DNA from: the human T2T-CHM13v2.0 reference genome, Homo sapiens
NCBI RefSeq assembly: GCF_009914755.1
Contig: NC_060930.1
DNA: 64,000 bases
Reading direction: 5' to 3' (one strand)
Shown here: in pieces, positions 10,736-24,690 of the stretch
Numbering within the stretch: the first letter of the stretch is position 1
Layout of the letters: each line of letters begins with the position of its first letter
Position numbers and translations under genes: made by a program
Notes under the pieces: generated by a model
What the model saw: only the letters and a program-made list of their open reading frames with translations
The model's database searches: none
What the model was told of the DNA's origin: nothing

Positions 10736-12778
10736 AAGGAAGAGAATTTTTTTAAGAATTATATTTTATTGACCAATATGTACAAATCTAAATTTATTTC
10801 TCTGGATAGAATCTGAATACTAAAACATCAATCTTCTAGATCTCTTAGTTTATTTAGACTATATGCCTGATGTAACTGGCCTTCAGAAAACCTTAATAGT
10901 TTTTGTATTTCCTTTCATTAATTACTTAATAATCAAAAAAACCTTATGGACAATGTCAATTTTTTTAACAGAGCTGCATTGTCTATTTCCTGTTGTTCTC
11001 TGCTCTATAAAACACACTTTGGTGAGAGATAGCCCTCATTAAAGAAGACAAACTTCTTTGAAAAAGAAAGAATCACAAGTTGAGAAACATTTATTTTATG
11101 GCTTTGACTCCGTGATGAAACGTTTCAAAGGCAGAAAGGGGACTGAAAATGGAAACTGACAAAATGATAACATAAGTTGGTTGGAATTTGACAGAAAATT
11201 AGAGTGTCCTTAAGTGATGTTAAAGAGAGCAATGTGTCTATTGCAGATGAAGCATAGCAAGAAGGAGAGCTTTCCTTAATTACAGGGAGAGAAAAATTCC
11301 AACTATTGCCAAATTTAATTTCTTTCCCTGAATTTAACTGACTACATAAGATTTGACATGCTACATCAGTGCATTATGAAAATCCGTCACAATTACTGTC
11401 AAATGTACAATGTTTTGCTCTAAAAAGCTTCTGAATTAGACCTATTTCAAAATATAGCAAGAAAACTGACCTAGCACATGTTCATACCAAGGGACATATT
11501 GTTTGAAATAAATATTTTACCATATTCTTTATATTGGAGAAGTTAGGGGATTTAATTTGTAAATTTGTTCATTTCTAATGAGCTTTAATACAAACAGAAA
11601 TCACAAAATTAGGAAAAAAAAAGAGGCAGGGACAAAAGGAATAATTTTAACGTGCATTTTTACCTTTTCTCAAGATGGTTAAAATCATAACAATTGTTTT
11701 CTAACAGAAATGCAATGGAATACTGTTCTTTTAAGTGATTTTAATGTTAATTTTAACATAAGATATAGGTGCACATATATTCAAAATTATCTATAGTAGA
11801 TAGTATAGACATGATAGATAGATCATTGATTCACGGATAGACTTTTTCTCCAAGCAAAAAGGCCGGTAACTTAATAATGAATAATGAAATATGCAATAAA
11901 AAATATCAGGCCAAGCATTTATATAGATGCCTCAACTAAAGGTAGGTTAAGCAACATTTTCTTCTAAAATAAAATTAAATTCATCACTGGATATGTGTAA
12001 TTTTTCTGAAGTTTAATTGAAACTATGTGATTTTATTACATATATCCCCACCCTGCTATCCCAGATTTTTTATCTTTAATTAAAGTTTTCAAAAGATACT
12101 TGTTAATTATTTGGGGAATGGGTTAGAGATCTATTCTCAAACTAGAATGTTTTATCTGCCAGGAGAAATGTGGAAAGAAATTAGAATACCTGTTATTCAC
12201 ATTAATAGAAACTCCAGTTCATAGATGACTTTCAAGCCCGTTACCACAGCATCTGAAGAGTTCACAATTCTAGGGAGGAAGCCAAATATTAAAAATATAC
12301 ATCCTGGAGAGTGCTTGACAGTACAACCTTTGTGAAATAATAGAAGAAAGAGTTACAATCACTTTTTCAGAATGTCATGGTTCAAAAAAAAGATATGACA
12401 GTGGCATAGATTGCTCTAGAGACTTGGAAGATGACATTGACTCTCTCACATGCATATCAGTTCATCAGAGAGCAAAAGTTATCCTATCTGAAAGTAGCTA
12501 CAATGACCTTTGTGTAATGAATTAATGACTGTAGTGCATTTCCAGTGACCTCCATCACATCATAAAAATTTTCATTAGGACAGTTATTTGCAGACTGATT
12601 GGAGAACCTAAGGAATAAACAGATGTACACACACACACCTTGAACTATTTGCCTTCTTCCATATATAATTCTCTGAGTGAAGTATTACTGCAGTAAATAT
12701 GACTGCTTTACTGGTGTCTTTCATTTTAAGTCAGTGTGTTTATGTTAATTTATAAAGTCTTAGAAAACTGGAATCCCT

Positions 12779-12830
12779 TCTCTCTCACTCTCTCTCTCTC
12801 TCTCTCCAGATAGACAGATAGATAGATGAC

Positions 12831-12878
<48 letters not shown>

Positions 12879-12901
12879 GATAGATAGATATATAGATAGA
12901 T
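12779..12901. repeat. (CT)n followed by compound (GATA)n tetranucleotide STR
   Basis: Directly visible. Confidence 0.95.
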
Positions 12902-13093
12902 CTGCCTATCAATATAATATCACAAATGTTCGGTAATGAGCAAATGAATTTTGGTGGTGATAGTGATGGTGGCTTTTTAAAGACAATCCTAACTCACCTA
13001 GTTTGGTTTAGGTACTCTTTCTCTATACTCCGACCATGTCCAGTGAATCTCAGTCACTGCTCCTATAAAAGTCTTATAATTATACGTTGATAT

Positions 13094-13493
13094 TGATAAA
13101 AAAAAAAAAACTTCAGCTGAGTTAAATTTAAAGGAATTTAATTGAGCAATGAACGATTTGCAAATAGGGCAGCCTCCTAAGCCAAAATAGGCTCTGAGAC
13201 TCCAGGGCAGCCACATGGTAGAAGATGATGTATGGACAGAAAAAGGAAAGTGACATACAGAAAATAGAAGTGAGGTACAGAAACAGCTGGATTGGTTACA
13301 GCTCAGCATTTACCTTATTAGAACATGGTTGGAACAATTGGCTACATTTGATTGGCCAAAACTTGGAGATTGGCACGAGTGTAGGCTTCAGTATATTTAC
13401 AGCTCCACTTGTTACAGTTCACGATATAGAGAAACCTTTAGGCTAAACTTAACATATGTAAGGAGGCAGCTTTATTCTAAACTTGATTTAACA
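13094..13493 (-). mobile_element. ERV1 solo LTR, MER57 family
   Basis: Minus strand starts tgttaaatcaagtttagaataaagctgcctccttacatatg; about 400 bp; several CCAAT boxes; TSD ATAT (13090-13093/13494-13497). Confidence 0.85.
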
Positions 13494-13765
13494 ATATGCC
13501 TGCCTCTTTTTTTCTGGATTCAGACCACCTTGAAGATGCAAATTACGTCTTCCTCCTTTCCAAATCTCCAACAGCTAGAGTGTAGCCCATTATTTGTACT
13601 TCATGCTTACTGATTTAATTGGTTAGTTATTCCATCCATCTTTCCCATCATGTTGCCTCCCATAATACCTATCCAACTTCAGTCTTTACAAAGAGAAGTT
13701 AATATGAATTCACATAAATACTTGAGTTTCATGAATCATTCTTTATGTTAGAAATATAGCTTCTA

Positions 13766-14105
<340 letters not shown>

Positions 14106-15064
14106 TCAGGAGCAGGTGAAAGAAGCAATGGAAAGAGATGATCTTTGGATCATCATCAAGGTATTAACTGTGTGACTATTACCAGGAAGCCTGGACACAA
14201 TTCAAAAAAGCTACACTTTAGATGTAAGCTGTACGGCCAGCCACTGATGCCACCCACAGAGTTACAAAGTGTCAGACACACTATTCTTCTGCCTTCTATT
14301 TTTCTTATCTTGAACTCTGTGGCCCATCTTCTGATCCCCTGACATTGACGGGATAGTGGGGCTGATGGTTATATCTACACTTCAGATTCACTACAGCTTT
14401 CTCCAGAGAACACAGGTAAGGACTACCAGTAAAGGGAGAAGGAACATCCACGTACAGTCTTGAAATAGTCACTGACAAAGTTAGTGGCCACACTGCCTCT
14501 TTTCACTGAGCATCTTAGAAGAAAGGTTATGAGCCCCATATAAAATAAAGTATACAAATGTGCCCCACCTACATGGCTGAATTATAAAAATTATAGTCTC
14601 ATAAGGTAAAAATGATTTAATTATTTTTGTTATTAAAACTTCCTGTATCCCTAATATAATGTCCTACATGCTATGTATCCTGAGTGACAGTACAAATAAA
14701 TACTTTCACTTGTATTTATCCGTTATTACCTCACATCCCACTGAGGCAGACACGGCAGTGTTCTTTATATTTGGAAACCTTTGGCACTGAAATGTGAAAA
14801 AACTCCTCCCATTTTGGGTAACCCCCATGGTTACACGGCCAAAATATAGATCATAAAATACTTGGATGGGTGAAATTTAAACTTTTTTAACCTGGATTGG
14901 CTCCAGGGCATCCATGAATACATTGAAGTTTTTACAAAACTTGTTCCTATGTGCAGTTCTTTTTTTTTTTCTGGCTAAAAATTCTGTTTTATCAGATTCT
15001 AAAAAGAAACTCTGTCGCTCAAAATTAAAAGCCAACAGAATTATTACATCATAAAGGAGATTTT

Positions 15065-16500
15065 GCATTCATTCCTACAGTCAAACGTTTTCCAAGCTTT
15101 CCTCACATAAAAGTATCTCTTTTGCATCAAGAAGAATACAAGGCAAATGTGATAGTTTCACCTTCCCCAGAGGTTTATAGCCTAGTACAAGCAAAAGAAA
15201 AACACAAAAATGACCACAAACAAGGCAATAAATAGGCTTTATGTGAGTGGCACAAACAAATGCCCCATGAAATTTCAGAACATGGACATCTCTTTTGTTT
15301 AAGTACTCAAGAAAGCAAGAAGTGGCATTCGAGCCAAGCCTTGACGTTGTATACGGTATCTACAAAGAGAGTGAGGACAGATGAGTGCCATTTAGACTCT
15401 GAGAATGGAATAACCAAAGCTGGGAGATTGGAAAAATAACTTTGAAAATTAAAAAGATCTTGGAAGAAATTCAACAGCTTTCCTGGCATGTCAGTAGAAT
15501 ATGTTTGGGACTATAGGTGGTAGGTTTGAATATGAAGGAAAAATTTTGGACTTTAATATGCAAAACAAGGGAAGTGATGAAAAGTCTTGGGGCCAGAAAG
15601 TGGCATTATCAAATAATATTCTAGGAGTAATATTCATCAGCAAGTATGTAGAATGTATTGTTGAGAGGAGAGAGGTCTAGAGGAAAAATACCAGTTCAAG
15701 TTCAGAGAAATACCAACAGAAACTACTGCTGTTTCTGTTAACAGAAAGGGATGGATAAAGGGGGAGGTGATGAGCAAGAAATTAACAAGACCATTACTCA
15801 AGAGGTCTCTGCTATAAAATGGGAATAACAATGGGTAGTTACTTTATAATTTAAGTATGTAATTAAGATAATCCAAGTAAAATTTTAGAAAGCTCTCTGG
15901 CACATAGTAATAGTACAATAAACATTAGCTAATTGTTATTGTTATTGGATATAAGAGAGACAGGGAGAAACCAAAAAATACTGAAATTGCAGCCAATTTA
16001 TCGGAGATACTTGTAGGAACATTAAGAAAAACAAAAATAAAAAGAGGGGTCAAAAGGAGGAGCAGGTTTAAGGCAAAGGGGAGGAATTAAATGTGGAGAT
16101 TATAAAACTGGTTATAGAAATAGGGCATTGATATGGAAATAGCTGACAATTAAAAGCAAGACACTGCATAATAGGTCCTGAGAGAAGTCATGGATTTCAG
16201 ACTCATCCACCTAAAAACAATAGCAAGCTATGGGAATGGGTGGAATTTATAAAGAGAGAGAATAGGAGGTAAAGAGATAGAATGAAAGGTCAGAGCCTTG
16301 AATGCATGGGTTTAGGGAATAAAAGACCTAAATAAAGATAGACATCATTTAGGTAAATAAAGAGGACACTTAGCTAGGAGCAGAAACAGAATCATCCTGC
16401 TTTCAGAAAGCCACAGAAGCAGAATTTGTCTAATTGAAGGTGAAAGGAATTTCCAAAACTTCTAAGCAGGTAAAAGAAAAAGTCAATGAATGTGATGATG
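15065..16500 (-). mobile_element. Degraded L2 with an embedded MIR fragment near 15.85-15.95 kb
   Basis: cattcattc start and purine-rich L2 antisense texture (ttttggactttaat...gggaagtgatg; gtcatggatttcagactcatc). Confidence 0.45.
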
Positions 16501-16799
16501 CAGAGATGACTTAATATAATGCTTCCTCAGGAGATTGGCAGACAGGGCACCCCTAGCAGGAAGCAGTGGACAGATCTGACTTGGAGAAAGTGGACTGGCT
16601 TAAGGACTAGGAAATGTGAAGCCAAGTTTGATGTGAGGCAGCGCTCAAATGTAAAACCAAACAAAAAGCCAGACAGCTATCCCAACCAAGGTACCAAGCC
16701 CAAGAGTTTAGTCTTAGGCAGAATCAAAAAACTAACAAACAAAAAGAAGTTGTGGAATAGAAAACCTAAAGCAAAATGAAAGCAGTTCAGTTTACTGAT

Positions 16800-17030
16800 T
16801 TAGATCGCTATTTAAATCTAGAGTCAGACTGGACCCTGCAGCCTATTAGTTTTGTAACCTAAATGATGTTCTATATCTCTGTGTGTCTAACTCCCACTAT
16901 TGGGGAAATAATAGAACCTACTGCACAGGGTTGTTGTGTTAAGTAAATGTGATAATGCATGTAAAGCACTCAGTGCGATATCTGGCACAAAATAAATACT
17001 CAAAAAAAGTTATCAATTGCTACTGACAAT
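16800..17030 (+). mobile_element. MIR SINE
   Basis: ctagagtcagactgg...aataatagaacctactgcacagggttgttgtg...gcatgtaaagcactcag...tctggcaca. Confidence 0.75.
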
Positions 17031-18129
17031 GGGTAAGAAATAGAGTTTAGAAAGGTTTTCCAATTGACTAGGCACAAAATTGCAGATGCTTTTTAGTAGA
17101 AACCCAAAAGCTAAAACCTAGAGAGGCTACCTAAGGAATTAGATTCACTCAACCTGTTTGAAGAAGACCTTAAATATCAGTGTGACACGTGCCCAAAATC
17201 CTATAGGCAACAGAAGGCTATTTACATTGTTTTATTAGTATAATGACATGATTAAAATATATTTAAGAGATCAACCTTGAAGTGACATACAAAATGGTTT
17301 GGAGAATGAAAATCTTGTTAAATTCACTTTGCATTACTAATTTTAAAAAGCACAGTGTGGTTATTTCAAGTATTGAAATGCTTGAATTCTGAGCAATAAC
17401 CATTGCACAGGTTATTGCTGGACACTTGTTCCTGAGTACTCACTCCCCATGTGCTATCTCTGTTGTGCGTCACTAAGCCCCCTTCCACTGGGTATACGTT
17501 GAAACAATTCTTTCCTTTATTTCCAGTCTCAATGTGAAACAAAAAGTGAGAATCTTCAGTATGTTATCAAAAAGATTTGAAATGGCTAAATTTTTGAATC
17601 ACAGAAAAATGAGAGAATGATTGTACATCTTACAATTGTCACAGACACATCCACTTTACTTAACTCCAGTATATTTAAAGCCAGCATATTGTGCATAAGG
17701 GATGGGAACAAAGCACATGTAAGATATTATCGATTTCCAGAAATGATAAGTACATCCTACAAGTGAAACCCCAGTCTGCAACCCCATTCTTTCTCTTCCC
17801 TGTATGTCTAGAGGCTTGCCACATGCCAGGAATCTTGCAGGCCAGTCTCACATTTGCTAAAAGTAATTGCTATTTTCTATGTCTGCTCAGGCATGATGCT
17901 CTGAAATAAAGTACAAAGCATAGCAACTTCAATTAACAAATACAACTACCATATTATTCAATTCTACACAGATTCATTTTTACCCGAGGGATATTACAAA
18001 ACATCACAAAGCCGAATATTATTCCTGTAACATCTGTCATCAAAACCAAAATCATATAGTTAGATCTACATAAATCATAGCAAACCTGCCATCCCACAGC
18101 AAGAGTCAAACATCCACCCTATGCCATGG

Positions 18130-18330
18130 CCTTCAAAATATTGAGATAATTGGTGGATAGGCTTGTTTTCTCATTTCATCACCAAGGTTTCACTTCAGAA
18201 CAATACCACATGATGAGTCCACTTTTTTTGATGCTAAAATGTGAATACTGTTTTCATAATTTAGTATGCAGCGTGCTGGTCCAAATCGACATGTTTGTAA
18301 GGGATTCCATCATGTCAAACAGAGGAGAAG
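18130..18330 (-). mobile_element. Possible RTE-like RT C-terminal relic
   Basis: SLTNMSIWTSTLHTKL, then in a shifted frame VVLF*SETLVMK; resembles RTE IW.S..I...TKL...LLYGSETW. Confidence 0.25.
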
Positions 18331-19164
18331 GGAAAATCTGACAGCAGGCATTTGTCGGATATGGACAAAGCTCTGCTGGAGCCTGCTTTCACTGAACAGT
18401 CCCTGAAGCACAAAAAAACTTATCCCACTTTTATAAAGCCATGCATGCATGCATGAAACTGAGGATAGAATTTCAAGTAGAAATTGATGACTTAGTAAAA
18501 ATGCATATAATTTTTCTACATAAAAGAGAAATGGAAGGCATACCAAGAAAACATTGTTCCTGAGTAAGGTGATTAAAAATTCAAGTGTCACTCTTTGAAG
18601 TCAAAATTTCACAAAGCTCATGAAATCTGTTTAGGTAGACATCTTCAATACAGAGAATCATACAGGAGAATTAAGCAGCAGCATTTTGGAGGTGCTGTGG
18701 TTTCTTCTATTTGTGCACATTTAATACAGAAAAACCACTAAAGCAGAGTGGAAAGAAGTAGATTTACTTGGCAGATTAGAAAATACGTGTGCTTTTTAAA
18801 GGACAGCAGTTCCAACTATTTTAAATGGAAACACTGTCTTAAAGACAATTTTTTTGCTTTTTTATTAATACTTAACAATTTGATGGTTAGATAACTAGAC
18901 CTTCTATGTTTTTGAAGTCACTTTTCTTAAAAAACTATTATTGAACCCTGTAAAAATATTGGCATGTTTATAACTGAAGCTAGCACCAAAAAAATTCAAA
19001 CAAAGGAAATCAGACCAACTTACCATGAGATGAAGATACTCTTCACAGATTTCAGTAACAAAAGGGGCTCACATTAAATTCTGTTTTTAGCTATTTCAAT
19101 AATTGAATTACTTATTGGACCATACAATTTCATTGCCCTGCTATTGTCCTGTGTGGGTTACAGG

Positions 19165-19410
19165 CTTAGAGAAGAGATTGTTAAGAGTGAGGACTTTGGA
19201 GTTGGTCTGCCTGGAATCAAATCCCAACTTTACTACATACTATGTGACCTTGGGCTTGTCACTTATCAACCTAAGCCTTTATTTCTTTATTTGTAAAATT
19301 CAGTTAATAACGGTGTCTACATCCTAGAGTTGTAATGAGGATTAAGTTCATATATAAGGAGGGCTGCGTACATGGGAAACACTACATAACTATTAGTTTT
19401 TATTCTTCTA
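19165..19410 (+). mobile_element. MIR SINE, near full length
   Basis: gttaagagtgaggactttggag...ctgcctggaatcaaatccc...tatgtgaccttggg...tgtaaaat. Confidence 0.8.
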
Positions 19411-19689
19411 CTTGAAGGCTGTAGTCACTATTTCTGTTCTCTCCTTTAGCCATCTGTCTTTTCTGCCGTTTCACATTCTTACTCTTTTGCTCAAATCTTA
19501 TATTCATTATTAAAAACAGTTCTATAATTTTAGAGAGCACCCCTTGATGGCTCATCTTGGAGTAAAGGGAGATAAATATTTGTTATCCTAAATATTCTGC
19601 AGGCATGTCTTATAATGATGTATTTTAGCTCACCGAGTGAATGTGTAAGAAAATATTTCATGAAATGGATGCTATATCACACTGGCGAA

Positions 19690-20600
19690 TAACACCACTC
19701 TAAAGTAGACCATTGGCGATGTAGAGATGAATGATAGATGTTGTTCTCGAAAAGTTCATCATATAGTGGGAAAGACACACTAGTAAACAATTTCCACACA
19801 GGCAAATGTATGCCTATAATGTGGGAGGACACCGAATAGCAGTACCCATCACAGACTGAGGCAGAGTAGGGGAAGAAAAAGGTTCTTGGAGGAACAAGAC
19901 AAGACCAGAACAATGTACTCAGAGATAAGAAAAGTGGTGGAGGAGAGGGACTTTGTCAGGTATTGGAGAACTGAGTTTATAGAATGGCTAAAACTTGCGG
20001 ACCTGGGAGTGTTAACACTTAAAAGTATGCTAAAGAGAAAAAGTCATAATAAGGGAAAGATGGTAGACACAGGAGAGAAAGGATACTAGAAGGAGCAAGG
20101 TTCCCAAATAAAGGAATGTAACTCAAAAGTGGAATTACCTTTTTCCCCAAGTACATAGGAAGGAGGGGTATTGGAGATGAATCCAGAAATAGCAACACTG
20201 AGTGGATCTTTCAGAGTGAGGTGATGTAAAGACAGTTTCTGCCTGATGGTCTCCATCTTCTCTGTGAGGAAGGAGATGAGATCATCTACAAGAATGTGGC
20301 AAGAGGTGGGGGAAGGAATGGCAGGTCAGGGGTTAAAAAGAGAAGTAAGAATTGGAAACAGTTGTGGAGGGGAATGACAGAGGGAGCTTTTTTGAAACAT
20401 AAGAGGTAGCAACTGGCAGAGCCTGGTGATAGTTAGAGACTCAGTTTTTGTGTGATTTGCATGTAGTGAAATGGTGTTCTTGCTGGTAGTACATTACAAC
20501 CAAGATGTTTGGACTAGATGAAGGGAATGTTTGGCTTTCTCCAGCTTTGGTGTTTTTCTAGGTATAAGTAAGAGAAGGTTAAAGGGCTGATAAGATAGGG
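19690..20600 (-). mobile_element. Degraded L2 fragments
   Basis: ctcgaaaagttcatcatatagtgggaaagacac; ttctgcctgatggtctccatcttctctgtgaggaaggagatgagatcatct. Confidence 0.45.
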
Positions 20601-20684
20601 TACAATACAAGAATAGTTTAATAAATAATATGACAATAAACAATCTATATAGTAAATAAGTAAATACCTCTAACCTCCTGCCAT

Positions 20685-21150
20685 CTTTTATTGTGGTAAG
20701 AACACTAAACATGATATATACCTCTTTATTTTTTTTTTTTGAGACGGAGTTTTGCCCTTGTTGCCCAGGCTGGAGTGCAGTGGCACGATCTTGGCTCACA
20801 CTGCAACCTCTGCCTCCCAGGTTCAAGCAATTCTCCTGCCTCAGCCTTCTGAGTAGCTGAGATTACAGGCACCCACCACCATGCCCGGCTGATTTTTTTT
20901 TTATTTTTAGTAGAGGCAGGGTTTCACCATGTTTGTCAAGCTGGTCTCAAACTCCTGACCTCAGGTGATCCACCCGCCCTGGCTTCCCAAAGTGCTGGGG
21001 ATTACAGGCATGAGCCACTGCACCCAGCCTACCACTTCAATGTTTAAGTGTACAATATGTTATGGTTAACTATCGGCACAATGTTTTAAAGAAAATCTCT
21101 AGAACCTATTCACATTGTATAACTGAAACTGTATATTCAAAACAGCACGC
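20685..21150 (-). mobile_element. L1MA8/9-like 3' end fragment interrupted by an Alu
   Basis: ttgtggtaagaacactaaacatga...tttaagtgtacaata...ttaactatcggcacaatg...tctctagaacctattca...taactgaaact. Confidence 0.7.
20724..21029 (-). mobile_element. AluS (Sq/Sx-like)
   Basis: Full Alu dimer on the minus strand with T-tail at left. Confidence 0.93.
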
Positions 21151-21161
21151 CATGTTCTTTT

Positions 21162-21192
<31 letters not shown>

Positions 21193-21476
21193 GGCTGGGC
21201 ATGGTGGCCCATGCCTGTAAGGATCACTTTAAACCAGGAGTTCAAGACTAGCCTGGGCAACATAGTGAGACCCTGTCACTACAAAACAAGGAAAAATTCA
21301 AAAAAATTAGCCCAGCATGGCAGCATGCACCTGTTAGTCTTAGCTACCTGGGAGGCTGAGGGGGGAGGATCACTTGAGCCCAGGAGTTTTAAGTTGCAGG
21401 CTACAGTGAGCTATAATCGCACCACTGCACTCCAGCCTGGGCAACCAAGGGAGACCTCGGCTTTAAAAATAAAATT
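21193..21476 (+). mobile_element. AluJ with an internal left-arm deletion, preceded by a T27 run
   Basis: ggctgggcatggtgg...cctgtaa|ggatcac; ggaggatcacttgagcccaggag and gctacagtgagctat are J features. Confidence 0.9.
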
Positions 21477-21575
21477 AAGACTATAGGAAAATTTAGTCTT
21501 TTCTGATAATTTAATCACCTCAACATTTCTCCATGATAAAAGTATCTATCAAGCCTATTAAAAACATTATTTAAG

Positions 21576-21695
21576 TAGGGTGGCCATAAACTGAGACACT
21601 TTTGAGAGTAAAGGGATGTGTCATTAGTAATTACACCACTACAATAGACATAAGCTGGGACTGTCCTAGGTAATTTGAGATGTCAGGTTACTCTA
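21576..21695. mobile_element. MER94-like hAT-Blackjack MITE
   Basis: tagggtggccata...gacacttttgagagtaaaggg...gggactgtcc...ggttactcta terminal inverted repeats. Confidence 0.7.
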
Positions 21696-22726
21696 CACTT
21701 AGTGACTTTAAAAAAATAAAATAAAACATTTTTGAGGGAGACGGGAAGGGGAAGGAAGGTCCAGAAAGGAGAGACTGAAAACTTCAAGAAAAATTTAGCC
21801 TATTTTACAAGTTTGTTTAGAACCAATTCTATTAGTAAATGCCCTCTATAGCAATAACCTTCAGCAAGTTAATATCTCACATAAATTAAAATATTTCACA
21901 ATTCTGTGTAAATTAAATATCTTAATAGTTTCCAAGGTATTGAATAGGTTGAGTCAGTTCAGATTCTTCATTTTCAGGCAAAAGAAACAGACCCAGTTAT
22001 CTCAAAGAAATTTTAAATGGGAGAGAAATTTTTTCTCTAGCTTCAAGAAGAGCAAGTATCAGCACATCTCCAAGAATTTCTGCAGCAGAAATTCATGGAG
22101 ACGGTGCCATCAAGTGGTTTAGCTCCCACTCCTTCCATCCTTCCTTCTGTTTCTCAAGGCTCAGTTCCTATGTGAGGAAGATTATGTTTGTCTCTACTTG
22201 GGGCAACTATCAACTGTTGTGATCAAGGGAGTAAAGTCACAGATAGAAAGCCTACCAGAGAAAATGCTGAGCAAATGAAGCCCTGAGATCCACAACATCC
22301 TATAAATAGTCCTTATTAAATGAGTAAATCATATGGAGTGTTAATTTGCACTTCCATCCTACAATCACTGGACAATACTATTTCTCTATTTCAACTTCTG
22401 GGGCTCCAAACCTCAAAATGGCTATACTTCAGTCAGAGCCTCTTTGATTGATAAGACATGCATCACAATACAACTCAGACACTTGAAGATTTCTGTCTTT
22501 AGCAAACATAGAAGCCAGATTCGGGAAATCTTCACGCATAACATATTTGAAACAGTTGTTCTTAGAAGTATGTGTTCAAACAACTTTCCAGATTGACACA
22601 CTTCTCCTTGGAAAAGATGTCCAATTCCTTTTAATGTTAACTAAATGAACTGCAAATGCTAGATAATACAAAAATAAATCTGGTGGTAATGGTGGGAAAA
22701 GCCAATGAGAAGACTTCATTCACCAG

Positions 22727-23102
22727 TGCTATGATTTAAATATGTCTGCCAAATTTAATGTGTTGGAAACTTAATCTCCAGATTATAGGTTGATAGTGTT
22801 TGGAGGTTGGACCTTTGGGAGGTAATTAGGATTAGATAAGGTCATCGGCCTGGAGCCCTCATTATGGGACTGGTAGCTTTATAAGAAGAGGAACAGAGAG
22901 CTGAACCAGCATACTCTTGTTCTCTCACCATGTGATGCCCACTGTCATTTTATGACTCAGCAAAAGGGCTCTCACCAAATGCTGGAGCCATGCTTTTAAA
23001 CTTTCCAGCCTCCTTAACAGTAAAAAATAAACTTACTTACCTTCTTTGTAAATTGCCTAGTCTCTGATATTCACTTATTGCAAAAGAAAATGAACTAGGG
23101 CA
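22727..23102 (+). mobile_element. MaLR solo LTR (MSTC/MSTD-like)
   Basis: tgctatgatttaaatatgtc...gaaaatgaactagggca; TSD accag/actgg (CpG-decayed accgg). Confidence 0.85.
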
Positions 23103-24489
23103 ACTGGAACTTGGGTTAGACCTATCCGCTTTTTATCATTACAGTCAACATTCAAATACCTAATCTGTTCCTAAAAGTCAGTTAGAGATGACAGCCAATG
23201 ATACCTTTTTCAATGTCAAAGAAGGCCATTGAAGCTGTTCTTATAAAGATTTTTCCTAAATTCATTTTTGCTCTAAAATGATGACTTGTCAGTAATTAAA
23301 ATTTAAAACTTCGAAATATAAAATTGTACCTCCACTTTAGTTACTAAACATATTTGAAACTCAATTACCCATAGCACCAATTTGTAATCAGCCATTTGCA
23401 TCTGTAATAAATTAAGATAAGGTCTCTGCACCATCTATTTCAATGTGTGTGCATACATTCAATTCTTGTTGACTTATTGCTTGCTTCTTGTAGCATACTT
23501 TCTCTTACATGAAAATAAAAAGAACTCCATGCCTACAGCATTAAGTCAGTGGGAGATCTGTTCAGGAAAGTGAAAGAGTTTTAAAACGCACAATGCCCAG
23601 AATCGGGGTTAAATAAGATTGGGCCGTGTGCTGGGAGATGTTAGTGTTGTGACCCGAGGATTTGGGGCTCCAGAGAAATACGCAGGTCCAACTTCTAGCA
23701 GGCTAAAGAGTAACATTAGCATTGATCGTAGCAGTGGCTGCAAGCCTTCTGCCCTGCCTTGTAGCTAGAAATTAGGTCCTAGGTGGCAATACCAGGTATA
23801 AAGAAAAATAGAAATGAAGAAATAATACAGAATGCTGATTTAACCTATTGAACAACTAAAAATACATCAAAGGCTTGAGCATTTGTTTGGATGTGAAGCT
23901 TGAATAATTCTTAGAGCCTGCAAATATGTCCTTTAAAAAAAGTGTCATGGGAATAGGATTTCTTATGTGTTTTCTGGTGCTCAATTCATTGTTGTTCTCA
24001 AATATCACCAGAGTAGCTATCTTTAAGTGACTGGGTATTTCATTCTGTATAATAAAATAAGAAACTTAAGAAAGCCAAATTGGAAAAAAAAAAGTGAGAA
24101 ATTTTAAAACTCTGCGGAGTTTCCATTAAGAACAATTTTGCATTTACAAGTTAAACTGTTCACAGGTTGAACAAATGCATCCCTTAAGATTCAAAATACT
24201 TCCCTTTATGTACTCTCCTTTCTTTTCTCATCTTTTTTCTTCTTCCTTCTCCCACCGTCTTTTAAATGAAAACATTATCATATAGTATTATTAGTAAATA
24301 TTATCATATAGTATTATCAGTTTCTCTTTGCTCCAATACTCTGAGGTGGTACAGGATTTTTTCCTCTGGAATGTTTTTCTCTAGACCACTGAGGAGTATA
24401 TAAAGCAAAGAGAGATACCTTTTATATGCTGTAAGTAAAGTAAATAAAGTACGTAGGGTCAAATAGAGATGCTTGCAAGACTCTTACCA

Positions 24490-24690
24490 AAGACTCCAAA
24501 ACACTGGATTCAAACTCCCGGTTCATGACTTACTATGTGTGTGAGCTTGAATAGGTCAGTTTCTCTTCATTGCTCAGTTCTCTCATTTGTAGAAATGTAG
24601 TAATAATAATGTCACAAATTGTGTTTTTTAACAGGGGTTAAAATGTTTAAACTATCTTTGTAAGTATGTATAAAATTTGAGTGCTATAAA
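24490..24690 (+). mobile_element. MIR SINE
   Basis: ctggattcaaactcccggttcatgacttactatgtgtgtgagcttg...ctcagttctctcatttgtag. Confidence 0.7.
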
